Shown: piece by piece, positions 37,905-46,449 of the stretch | Layout: each line of letters begins with the position of its first letter | Position numbering within the stretch: the first letter of the stretch is position 1 | Assembly: GCA_045660295.1 (NCBI GenBank) | Contig: JAZRDN010000007.1 | Location: 5,438-69,437 of the forward strand | DNA: 64,000 nt | Source: Eubacteriales bacterium | GTDB taxonomy: Bacteria > Bacillota > Clostridia > Oscillospirales > CAG-272 | Direction of reading: 5' to 3' | The notes under the pieces: model-generated | Databases searched by the model: none | What the model saw: the letters and a program-made list of their open reading frames with translations, nothing else | What the model was told of the DNA's origin: nothing | Made by a program: the position numbers and the translations under genes

Positions 37905-38327
37905 TCATTTAATATATTGATTTGAAAAGGCAGTCATTTTTCTCAGAAATTTCGGCAGAAACGTTTGGTCTATGCAATTCTCGAATTTCAGCTCCTGCCA
38001 AAACCCATTTGCACAATTAGAATTCAACATACCGGATACAAGAATATGTCCTTTTTTGTCACCGGAAAACAATATGCACTGCTGATTCCCGTATGGTTCT
38101 TGAATTTTCGCTTCACCCTTCAAGGAATCATATAAGTTTTGCAGTTCATTGCAGAAAGTCGGTATATCTTTTATATCAATATCCATTGTTGTAGATGCCG
38201 AAAAGCCCACACTTGAAACCGAAACAGTTAAAATGGTATTGGACGGATAAGAAATATCCGATTCAAACACTTGAAAATCTAATAACAAACTAAAACTTTC
38301 GCTTTCTAATAAAATAGTGTCGTTCAT
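37905..38327 (-). CDS. Hypothetical protein, WapI-like immunity protein
   Basis: Pattern VSSVGFSA...LQNLYDSLKGEAKI...GDKKGHILVSG...IDQTFL resembles WapI-type immunity proteins. Confidence 0.55.
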   Translation of the reverse strand: MNDTILLESESFSLLLDFQVFESDISYPSNTILTVSVSSVGFSASTTMDIDIKDIPTFCNELQNLYDSLKGEAKIQEPYGNQQCILFSGDKKGHILVSGMLNSNCANGFWQELKFENCIDQTFLPKFLRKMTAFSNQYIK

Positions 38328-38671
38328 TTTGTGTTCTCCTTCGCCGTGTTGATGGATGCTATCAAAATTCTTTTCACCTCAACGCATCTATCCAAAATTG
38401 TTTTATCGTAATAGTATCCGCTTTCAATTAAAAGTTCAAGCCAATATTCCGTTTCGGAGCATTCTTTCAAGGCAATATGTAACTTTGCCACAAAATCCGC
38501 TTTGCCGTGGGCATAAAATGCTTCACGAATATTCGCACCAATGCTTGTTCCAGAACGCAGAAACTGATTGATGAGCGCACTTTCGCACTTCGCTTCTCTC
38601 AACACCTTGCAAGCGCGAATAACCTCTAACGCAAACGCTTTCGACTTTATCATTAAAGGACTTTCGGACAT
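38324..38671 (-). CDS. Four-helix-bundle protein (23S rRNA IVP/Avd-like family)
   Basis: KSKAFALEVI, QFLRSGTSIGANIREA, KLHIALKECSETEYWLELL. Confidence 0.9.
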   Translation of the reverse strand: MSESPLMIKSKAFALEVIRACKVLREAKCESALINQFLRSGTSIGANIREAFYAHGKADFVAKLHIALKECSETEYWLELLIESGYYYDKTILDRCVEVKRILIASINTAKENTK

Positions 38672-38774
38672 AATACTTATCCTCCGTTTTGACTTTATTC
38701 CATTATACCATAAAACCTATTACTTTTCAACCTTTATAATAAAAATTGCTTTTCGCCTTTGCGAAAAGCTACCT

Positions 38775-38903
38775 CACTTCTTCACTATTCACTATTACTT
38801 ATTACCTTGCCAAAAATCTCCTCGGACGGATTTAGTGAAAAGTGAAAAGTGAAGAGTGAAAAAGTAAAAATCTCCCCGAACTTCGTCCGAGGAGATTTTT
38901 GGC
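38775..38903. repeat. Heptamer tandem repeats and a 19-bp inverted repeat between the four-helix gene and tRNA-Gln
   Basis: TCACTAT/TTACTTA and AGTGAAA tandem runs. GCCAAAAATCTCCTCGGAC (38809-38827) is the perfect inverse of 38885-38903. Confidence 0.75.
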
Positions 38904-38974
38904 TGGGATGGCCGGATTCGAACCGACGGGTGCCAGAGTCAAAGTCTGGTGCCTTACCGCTTGGCGACATCCCA
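38900..38974 (-). tRNA. tRNA-Gln(UUG)
   Basis: TGGGATG/CATCCCA acceptor stem, CCAGA-CT-TTG-AC-TCTGG anticodon arm, GTTCGAATC T loop, encoded CCA. Confidence 0.97.
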
Positions 38975-39100
38975 ATATTTAACTCTGTTATTATATCAAA
39001 TATTCTTCGATTTGTCAAGATGAAATTTGTCTTTTTTGCGAAGTGTTTTTTATGAGAATACAACTCTTGACATTTTTACGAATTTATGATATATTAGTTA

Positions 39101-39316
39101 TGCTACACGAACTGAATATGTAAACTAGGTATTTTTCTTTTTTTAGGATACTGTACCCTTTTTTGGGTATCCTATCTGTTGTGAATATGGCAAAAGCGCA
39201 AATTCTGCCGGATAGGAATTCACAGTATCCTTGATACTCTGTTTATACTTCGGTTCGTGTAGCAACGATCGGGGTTTGCATTTTTCGGTGCGTCGGCTTC
39301 GGTCGGCGCGCTTTTT
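39101..39316 (+). ncRNA. Candidate rod-shaped small RNA
   Basis: Promoter TTGACA-17-TATATT (39067-39095); 12-bp and 10-bp perfect long-range stems; TTCG-loop terminator at about 39288-39316. Confidence 0.55.
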
Positions 39317-39507
39317 ATTTTGAAAACCTCTTTGAGGGTCAAGCAAAAAGACCCATTGACCCAAACATAGCCCCCAAGCGCTCGGCGCTTGGGACTATGG
39401 GGGCTTTTATCAGGCACGCGTCATCTCACCGAAACTGTACAAATGCTTGACTTTGGTTACTGATATACTATACTGAAATCAGGCAAATTCATTACTTGGA
39501 GGACACT

Positions 39508-41430
39508 ATGAAAAAGACACTGTCGTTTTTTATCTTACTTGTGCTTATAACCATTACATTGGTATCCTGCGGCGGAATCAAGGTCACTTGGCTTGACGGA
39601 GACGGAACTGTGCTCTACACAGAAAAGCTATCGGCAAACAACACCTCTATTCCTCAAAAGCCTCTGCCCGAGGATAACGACAACTGGGATTACACCGAGT
39701 GGAAGGAGATAGCGACTGACGAAAAAGCTATCACCTACGAGGCGCAAAGGATCGAGATAGAAAAGCATGTTTGGAAGGACGCCGACGGAACTGTGCTCAA
39801 CACAGCGGTCATTCCCAAGGGAAATGATGTGCCCAAATTCGCGCTCCCTGCCGATACGTCCCACTGGGATTACACCGAATGGGAGAAGTCGGTAAACGGC
39901 AACCTTACCACTTACACGGCGTTGCGTACCGCGGTTGAGACCGTAATCTGGACAGACGTTGACGGAACTGTGCTTTACACAGTATACTTAAAGCCCGGTG
40001 AGACTATTCCCGAACGTTTTATTCCCAACGACACCGCAGACTGGCATTACACAGGCTGGAGACGCACCACTGCCGAGGACGGCGGTGTTAAATTCGTAGC
40101 TGAGCGTATTGCCAAGGAAAAGGTGCACTGGCTTGACATAGACGGCAAGCTCCTTTACACCGACGGAGTTGTGCCAAACACCGAGCTTGAAATGCGTGCG
40201 CTCCCCAAAAACAGTGCGAAATGGAACTACAATGATTGGGTAGAGGTAACAGAAGCGGGCGGCGAGCGCACCTTTAAGGCAACAGGCAACATAAACCCGA
40301 ACTACTTCAAGGGCAACGTGTTCCAGATAATAACCTACGACCTGTACGGAAATACGCTTTCGGCGGGCACGGGATTTATATTCAACAAAAGCGGCTGGTT
40401 TATTACCAACAGCCACGTTATGGAGAACGCGGTAAAAGCATCGGCAATATTTGAGATAGAAAACTACACAGAGGGCAACTCCTACACGACTCTCGAAATT
40501 GATCGCGGATATCACGACAGTCCCCAAAAGGATATATTTATCGGTCGCATTTCCGACTACTCCAAGATATCCAACAAATATCAGGATATCCCTATGGTGC
40601 GCGATTACGAGGTGGGTGACGTGACCTATTCGGTAGGCTATCCCAACGTATCGGTAAAAATGGAGATACACGCGGGTGAGGTAGCAAGCGAGCACTCACA
40701 GGACTTTAACGACCTTTACAGCAAGCTATACAGCGGAGTGACCTACATTCCTTCGACCAGCTATATCGCCCCCGGAAGCAGCGGCGGTATTCTCGTCAAC
40801 GAAAATCTCGAGGTTATAGGAATGACCACGCAGGCGCTTCAGACAAAGAAGGGCGACTTTATCATCGGAGCTTCGATAAGAGTATTCAACTATCTCAACA
40901 CTACCAGAACCGTGACAACCGCCAACGAAAAGTCGTTAGTAGAGGTTCTACACCCCGAAAACGGCGCGGCGCTGAAGATATTCCTCGCGGCAGGAAAGCA
41001 TAAAAATTGCGCCGGTCTTCTTAAGGATGATACCGGATACTATTATCTGCTCACGTGGGAAAACACCTATGACAAATATGAAGAAGCATACGTGTTTACC
41101 GTACACGAAAACGGTGTGATAGCAGGTAATATATCGAGAATGTGGTATGATAGCAACGACATCATGACATCTACCGTCTTTGGCGTATACACGGGTTCAA
41201 GCTCGCTCAACGGATTTGGCTACCTGTACACCTATAACTGGGGCTCAGGAAGCTCCATGACACTGACGTCAACGAGCATAAATTACTCCTCAACCGTATC
41301 GCAGACCTTGAAGGTCTACGACACCGCCGCAAACAATACAACGATAAAGGCAAGCAACGTTGAGCACGCAAAAAAGTGCTTCAACGAAACTTACGTCTGG
41401 CTCCGCGACCTGCTTAAGGAATTTGAGTAA
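39508..41430 (+). CDS. Lipoprotein with four tandem W-rich beta repeats and a trypsin-like serine protease domain
   Basis: LVSC lipobox; repeats of W.D.DG.VL.T...P....W.Y..W; TNSHVM, DIFIG, APGSSGG. Confidence 0.82.
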   Translation: MKKTLSFFILLVLITITLVSCGGIKVTWLDGDGTVLYTEKLSANNTSIPQKPLPEDNDNWDYTEWKEIATDEKAITYEAQRIEIEKHVWKDADGTVLNTAVIPKGNDVPKFALPADTSHWDYTEWEKSVNGNLTTYTALRTAVETVIWTDVDGTVLYTVYLKPGETIPERFIPNDTADWHYTGWRRTTAEDGGVKFVAERIAKEKVHWLDIDGKLLYTDGVVPNTELEMRALPKNSAKWNYNDWVEVTEAGGERTFKATGNINPNYFKGNVFQIITYDLYGNTLSAGTGFIFNKSGWFITNSHVMENAVKASAIFEIENYTEGNSYTTLEIDRGYHDSPQKDIFIGRISDYSKISNKYQDIPMVRDYEVGDVTYSVGYPNVSVKMEIHAGEVASEHSQDFNDLYSKLYSGVTYIPSTSYIAPGSSGGILVNENLEVIGMTTQALQTKKGDFIIGASIRVFNYLNTTRTVTTANEKSLVEVLHPENGAALKIFLAAGKHKNCAGLLKDDTGYYYLLTWENTYDKYEEAYVFTVHENGVIAGNISRMWYDSNDIMTSTVFGVYTGSSSLNGFGYLYTYNWGSGSSMTLTSTSINYSSTVSQTLKVYDTAANNTTIKASNVEHAKKCFNETYVWLRDLLKEFE

Positions 41431-41502
41431 ATTACTCCTTATTTAACGCACCATGTTCGCAGTAAACAAACGCCTTCCCTCGTAAGGGAAGGCGTTTTCA
41501 GT

Positions 41503-42237
41503 TCAAGAAATATTCGGCTCGAAGCAAGGCATAAGCTGAAGCTTGAAAAGGTTTATTCTGTGCAGGCGGTCTATCCTTGCCTTTTTGTCAAGGTCGTCTA
41601 TCTCGCCTGTGCGGATATATCTGTCAAGCTCGGCGTAGGTGAAGCCCAGATTGTCCTCGTCGGTCTTTCCGCAAAGCCCGTCTATGGGCGTTTTGTCCAC
41701 GAGCGCGTCGGGAAGCCCCAGCGCTCGCCCTATCTGCTTTACCTCGTCCACGGTCAGCTTGGCAAGCGGACTGAAATCGCCTGCCGAGTCGCCGTAGCGC
41801 GTAGAGTAGCCCACGTAGTCCTCTGACAGATTGCAGGTGTTTGCGACTCTGCCGTTACAGCTCTGCGAAACGGCGTAAAGCGTTGTCATACGCACACGGG
41901 GGGCAATATTGTTCAGAGTCTGCTGTGTAAGCTCAAGCTCCTTGGGCAAATTGGCTTTCACGCCCTCAACCGCGTCCTTTACGTTGACGGTGTAATGCTT
42001 TATTCCGAGGTGCTCGACAAGCGCGTAGGCGCAGTCGATGTCAAACTGCTCTCCGCAAGGCATCAGCACACCGATGACCCTGTCGCGCCCAAGCGCTTCG
42101 GCGCAGAGCGCCGCCACCACCGAGCTGTCCTTTCCGCCCGAAATTCCGACAACGGCGTTACACCCCTTGCCGTTTTCCTCAAAGAAATTTTTTATCCATT
42201 CAACACAGTTGTTTTTTACTTTAAGAGCGTCAAACAT
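41503..42237 (-). CDS. nadE: NH3-dependent NAD+ synthetase
   Basis: VGISGGKDSSV, NIAPRVRM, GYSTRYGD, PIDGL, DEDNLG. Confidence 0.93.
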   Translation of the reverse strand: MFDALKVKNNCVEWIKNFFEENGKGCNAVVGISGGKDSSVVAALCAEALGRDRVIGVLMPCGEQFDIDCAYALVEHLGIKHYTVNVKDAVEGVKANLPKELELTQQTLNNIAPRVRMTTLYAVSQSCNGRVANTCNLSEDYVGYSTRYGDSAGDFSPLAKLTVDEVKQIGRALGLPDALVDKTPIDGLCGKTDEDNLGFTYAELDRYIRTGEIDDLDKKARIDRLHRINLFKLQLMPCFEPNIS

Positions 42238-42360
42238 TGCCTTTCTCCTTTTTGTCACGAGTTTTGGGTTCTTAATACTTAATAATGATATCACAATATC
42301 GGCTTTTTTGCAATATGGGGGTAAAACTAATTTCAAACTAATTTTTAAATACAGTGCGGA

Positions 42361-42560
42361 ACAATTTTATAGGGCATGAGGCTTTTTATCCGCTTTTCTT
42401 TGAAGCCAAAGGCGCAAAGAAAAGCTCCGCAAAAGAAACGCCACTTGAGACGTTTCGCTCGTTGCGACGAGCGAGCCAAGGCGCTGCCTTGGCAATCCGC
42501 AAGCCTTTAAAAAGGCTTGACCGAAACTTTTGGAGCATTGGTGCGGTGCGTGCAGTGCGG
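42361..42560. repeat. Rearranged copy of the 4604-5059 element family
   Basis: 42361-42442 matches 4881-4960 directly; about 42453-42533 matches 4623-4702 inverted. Confidence 0.8.
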
Positions 42561-42615
42561 TGCGGTTCGAACGCCCCTCTCTCCACCCGAATAAACTGGG
42601 AAAGGAGGTGACAAA

Positions 42616-43227
42616 ATGACTCTTGAAGCTCTTTTTTGTCGGTGTCTCGACATCAACTACGTTCATGTTGAAAACGCGGGCGATTACGCCATGGAACAGG
42701 ACGGTGAAACGCTATACATCTACCTCGAACACTCAAACGGCGACGAGGATTGGAAAAATAATCTCGACTTCCCTGCCCGTGCCTACAAGCGAATGGGCAA
42801 AACGGCGTGGTACGCTCACCGCGGCTTCCTGCGCGTATGGAAAAGCGTGGAAGAACGGCTTGATGAAGCAATTCTCTCAACAAAAGCAAGCAAAATAGTA
42901 ATAACAGGCTACTCACACGGCGGTGCGCTGGCGGTGCTCTGTCACGAATATATCTGGTTCAACCGCCCCGATTTACGTCAATCCCTTCTCGGATTCGGAT
43001 TCGGAGCGCCGAGGGTCATTTGGCTTCCAAAAAGCGAAATCGCCGAGCGCTGGCAGAGCTTTACCCTCGTCCGCAATCCCGACGACGCGGTAACACATCT
43101 GCCGCCCGAATTTCTCGGATATCGGCACGTTGGCAACATTCTCAACATCAGCGAAAAAGGAAGCTACTCGCCAATAGATGCCCACCGCCCCGAAAACATT
43201 CTGGGAAGCCTGTCGGTGACGCAATAA
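42616..43227 (+). CDS. Lipase class 3 family alpha/beta hydrolase
   Basis: AHRGFL, ITGYSHGG (GxSxG), DDAVTHLPP. Confidence 0.85.
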   Translation: MTLEALFCRCLDINYVHVENAGDYAMEQDGETLYIYLEHSNGDEDWKNNLDFPARAYKRMGKTAWYAHRGFLRVWKSVEERLDEAILSTKASKIVITGYSHGGALAVLCHEYIWFNRPDLRQSLLGFGFGAPRVIWLPKSEIAERWQSFTLVRNPDDAVTHLPPEFLGYRHVGNILNISEKGSYSPIDAHRPENILGSLSVTQ

Positions 43228-43350
43228 TGATCATCTGTACTTTCAGGGGAAATGCCCTTATACTTTTTGAAGCATTTGGAAAAATAGCTTATCTCGTTAA
43301 ATCCGCACTCATACGCCGCCTCGGTAACGTTGCGGTGATTGAAGCGCATC

Positions 43351-44622
43351 TCATAGCACGCGCGCGATGCCTCCACGGCAGGGGCGGTACTCCGACGGCG
43401 TTTTTCCGTGGTGTCTCTTAAAAAGCTTGGAAAAATACTGCACGTCCATGATGCCGCAATGAAGGGCGACGGTCTGTATCTGCAGGGATGTGGTACGCAG
43501 GAGATACGCCGCGTATTCCATGCGCCGCTCTCTGATATATGCAGAAATAGTTTTATCGGTCTCTTTTTTAAACACTGTCGAAAGATATCCGAGGCTGACG
43601 CTTTGGCTTGCCGCCAGAGCGCTTGGGGAAAGCTCCACCGAAAGGTCTGCCTCAATCCTTAAAATAGTGTTTTGCACAATTGGCGAAAAACACTTTAACG
43701 AGTGCTTTTGAACCAATCGGCAGTAGGTGCGGAACATCTCGCACATCAACGGTGATATCTTCTGAAGCGTGGAAGTTTTTTCTATTTTGTTGGCGAAATC
43801 CGACGATATCTGATCCAGATGTATCGGATGCACACCGCCCTGCTCGGCGGCCTTTCGCAAAAGCGTATTCATGATAATTCCGTAGTTTTTGGCGTTTCTC
43901 AGCGGGTCGGCGTGGCGGCTTTCAAAGAGGTCTGTGGAAAAGGCTTCCTTAAACTGCGCCTCCATATGCGGCTGTCCCAAAAACACGGCGCGTATCATTT
44001 CGTTTTCAAAGGCGTACCTATTTTCAACTGCCTTTATATTGACAATGGTATCGTCCAGCTTCATATTCCGCATGGAACGGCTGACAGGCTCGTCGGCGGT
44101 TATCTGCGTTTGAGTGATATCACGGGTGTTGAACGAGGGACTGCGCCAAATTCTCTCGCAAAAGGTATTGAATACAGTCAAAAGACTCGACTCCTCCGAA
44201 AGCACGGGCAGACCCGCATAGCACTCCGCAAGATAGCGTTGCTTCTGCGAGGAAATACCGTGGCGCTCGCCGATCTCCAATATACGGCTTTGCGGAATAG
44301 GTGCGGACAGAAAAGGACCTATATAAAGAGCCGTAGGTATCTCCGTATCGGGCAGAAGGATCAATCGGCAACAGAACTCAAAGGCATCGGTGGTGCGATA
44401 GACTGTGCGCGGCTCAACAGACGGCAATATCTCCCTAAAAATATTGCGATGGTCGAAATCCTCTTTTTCCTCAGCCAGCATGCACTCCAATTTGGGCAGT
44501 GCGATAACATACGCGCCCACACGGCATTTTTTGAAAACATCACATAAAAAAGACAGCTCGCTTTGATAGAACACCGTTTTATCCTCCGTAGGCAACTCAT
44601 TAACACTTGTACTTTTTTTCAA
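43351..44622 (-). CDS. AraC-family transcriptional regulator
   Basis: C-terminal double HTH (YLSTVFKKET...YFSKLFKRHHGKTPSEYR); divergent from the sugar operon. Confidence 0.9.
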   Translation of the reverse strand: MKKSTSVNELPTEDKTVFYQSELSFLCDVFKKCRVGAYVIALPKLECMLAEEKEDFDHRNIFREILPSVEPRTVYRTTDAFEFCCRLILLPDTEIPTALYIGPFLSAPIPQSRILEIGERHGISSQKQRYLAECYAGLPVLSEESSLLTVFNTFCERIWRSPSFNTRDITQTQITADEPVSRSMRNMKLDDTIVNIKAVENRYAFENEMIRAVFLGQPHMEAQFKEAFSTDLFESRHADPLRNAKNYGIIMNTLLRKAAEQGGVHPIHLDQISSDFANKIEKTSTLQKISPLMCEMFRTYCRLVQKHSLKCFSPIVQNTILRIEADLSVELSPSALAASQSVSLGYLSTVFKKETDKTISAYIRERRMEYAAYLLRTTSLQIQTVALHCGIMDVQYFSKLFKRHHGKTPSEYRPCRGGIARVL

Positions 44623-44820
44623 CTTTCTATTTTATTGTATCATATTTTTTGTTTAAAATCAACAGAATTTTTCACAAAAAATGAAAATAATACAAAAAAA
44701 CATTAAAAAAATACTCACTCCATATTGTGAAATCATTTATACTTAATGTAAGGATATTTTTGCCCCGCACGGGTAAGATAATACTTCAAGATTAAAAAAA
44801 TCAGAAAAGAGGAAAAAGCT

Positions 44821-46311
44821 ATGAAAAAAGAACCTAAGCTTGACGCAAACGGCAAGCGCGCGTTTGGCATAAGAGACAGCATTGCTTATGCCGCAGGAGA
44901 CCTTGGATGTAACATGAGCTTTGCGCTTAAGGGCACTATGGCACTATTCTGGACACAGGTCATGGGCATGAGCGCTTGGTACTCTCTGCTCCTTGTAATC
45001 GTTCAGTTCTGGGATGCTATCAACGACCCCCTTATCGGCTCTATGATAGACGCCGACAAACGCAAGTACAAGAGAAACAAATTTTTGCAGTACATCCTCG
45101 TGGGTTCTATTGGACTTATCGTGGGCGGCGCGTGCTGCTTCCTTCCCTTCCCGCAGGCACCCGTTTGGGCTAAGTTTATAATCTTTATCGCGGGATACGT
45201 TGTTTGGGATGCTTTCTACACAATCGCAAACGTTCCTTACGGCTCATTGCTTTCTCTTATATCCAACGAGCCCGCTGACAGAGCATCGCTCTCCGCTTGG
45301 CGTTCGATAGGCTCTATGATCGGCAATATGCTTCCTATGGTAATTCTCCCGTTCCTTATCTACAACGAGGACGAATCGCTTAACGGCAATATGGTTTTCG
45401 TTGCGGCTCTCGTAATGGGCGTTATCGGATTCATTTGCTTCCAGTTCATGATCAAAAACACCGAGATCCGCGTTGACACCGAAACAAAATTAAACGAGGA
45501 ACAGGAAAAGTTTAACGTATTCAAGGCGCTGGGCAACTTCGTAAAGAATCGCCCCGCAGTCGGCGCTACACTTGCGGCTATGGGTATGTTCATAGGTATG
45601 CAGGGCGCTACTACCGCGGTTTCTGTAACCTTCCAGATCTATTTTAAGAACACCGAGATTTCGGGTATTGTTCAGCTCTTTGCAATGATCCCCATTCTCC
45701 TGTTTACCCCCCTTGCCCGAAAGATGGTTACTAAGTACGGCAAAAAGGAGCTTTCTGTAGTAGGCTCTATCTGCTCGATAATCGGCGGTCTCGGACTTTT
45801 CATAATTACTCCCAATAATACAGGACTTGACCTTATTATCTACATTCTTTGCCAGCTGGTTTACAGCCTTGGTCTCGGTATCTACTCCACCGTATCGTGG
45901 GCTATGATGGGCGACGCTATCGACTACAACGAGTGGAAAACAGGCAAGCGCGAGGAGGGCGTGGTATACTCGCTTCACTCCTTCTTCCGTAAGCTGGCGC
46001 AGGGCGTTGGTCCCGCGGTCGCGCTTATCATTATGCAGGGTATGGGATACGTAAACAACGCTATCGACCCCGAAACAGGCGCAGAGTTTATAGACGTTAC
46101 CAAGCTTTCTTGGGAATTTGCCGTTGAGCTTCGTGTCCTTGTTGCGATTCTCTTCCTCGCATCCGCAATAATGCAGTTCATCGGTCTCGGTATCATATAC
46201 AACCTTGACAAAAAGACTCTCGCTAAGATGAACGCAGACCTCGGTCGCGACGTTGAGGCTGACGACCTTCTTACATACACCACTGCAGAGGATAGCGACA
46301 ACCTCGCTTGA
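44821..46311 (+). CDS. Glycoside-pentoside-hexuronide (GPH) family MFS transporter
   Basis: YAAGDLG, WDAINDPLIG, NVPYGSL, DAIDYNEWKTGKREEG. Confidence 0.9.
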   Translation: MKKEPKLDANGKRAFGIRDSIAYAAGDLGCNMSFALKGTMALFWTQVMGMSAWYSLLLVIVQFWDAINDPLIGSMIDADKRKYKRNKFLQYILVGSIGLIVGGACCFLPFPQAPVWAKFIIFIAGYVVWDAFYTIANVPYGSLLSLISNEPADRASLSAWRSIGSMIGNMLPMVILPFLIYNEDESLNGNMVFVAALVMGVIGFICFQFMIKNTEIRVDTETKLNEEQEKFNVFKALGNFVKNRPAVGATLAAMGMFIGMQGATTAVSVTFQIYFKNTEISGIVQLFAMIPILLFTPLARKMVTKYGKKELSVVGSICSIIGGLGLFIITPNNTGLDLIIYILCQLVYSLGLGIYSTVSWAMMGDAIDYNEWKTGKREEGVVYSLHSFFRKLAQGVGPAVALIIMQGMGYVNNAIDPETGAEFIDVTKLSWEFAVELRVLVAILFLASAIMQFIGLGIIYNLDKKTLAKMNADLGRDVEADDLLTYTTAEDSDNLA

Positions 46312-46449
46312 TCGGTTCTATCTTCGGTGTCCGTCACGCGACGGACACCGAATTTTGAAAATATACGGTATCTTAATACCCACTTAATATTTAAGTTGTA
46401 GAATAAATACATATTCTAAATATATTCCCTATTGAAACGGAGAAAAAAC

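Noticed and set aside
38324-38671. Diversity-generating retroelement suggested by the Avd-like four-helix protein
   Set aside because: No reverse transcriptase and no template/variable repeat pair with A-specific mismatches in the window.
39143-39417. Small minus-strand ORFs (73 and 65 aa) as type I toxins
   Set aside because: They are not hydrophobic, lack a convincing RBS, and overlap a better-supported plus-strand RNA with its own promoter and terminator.
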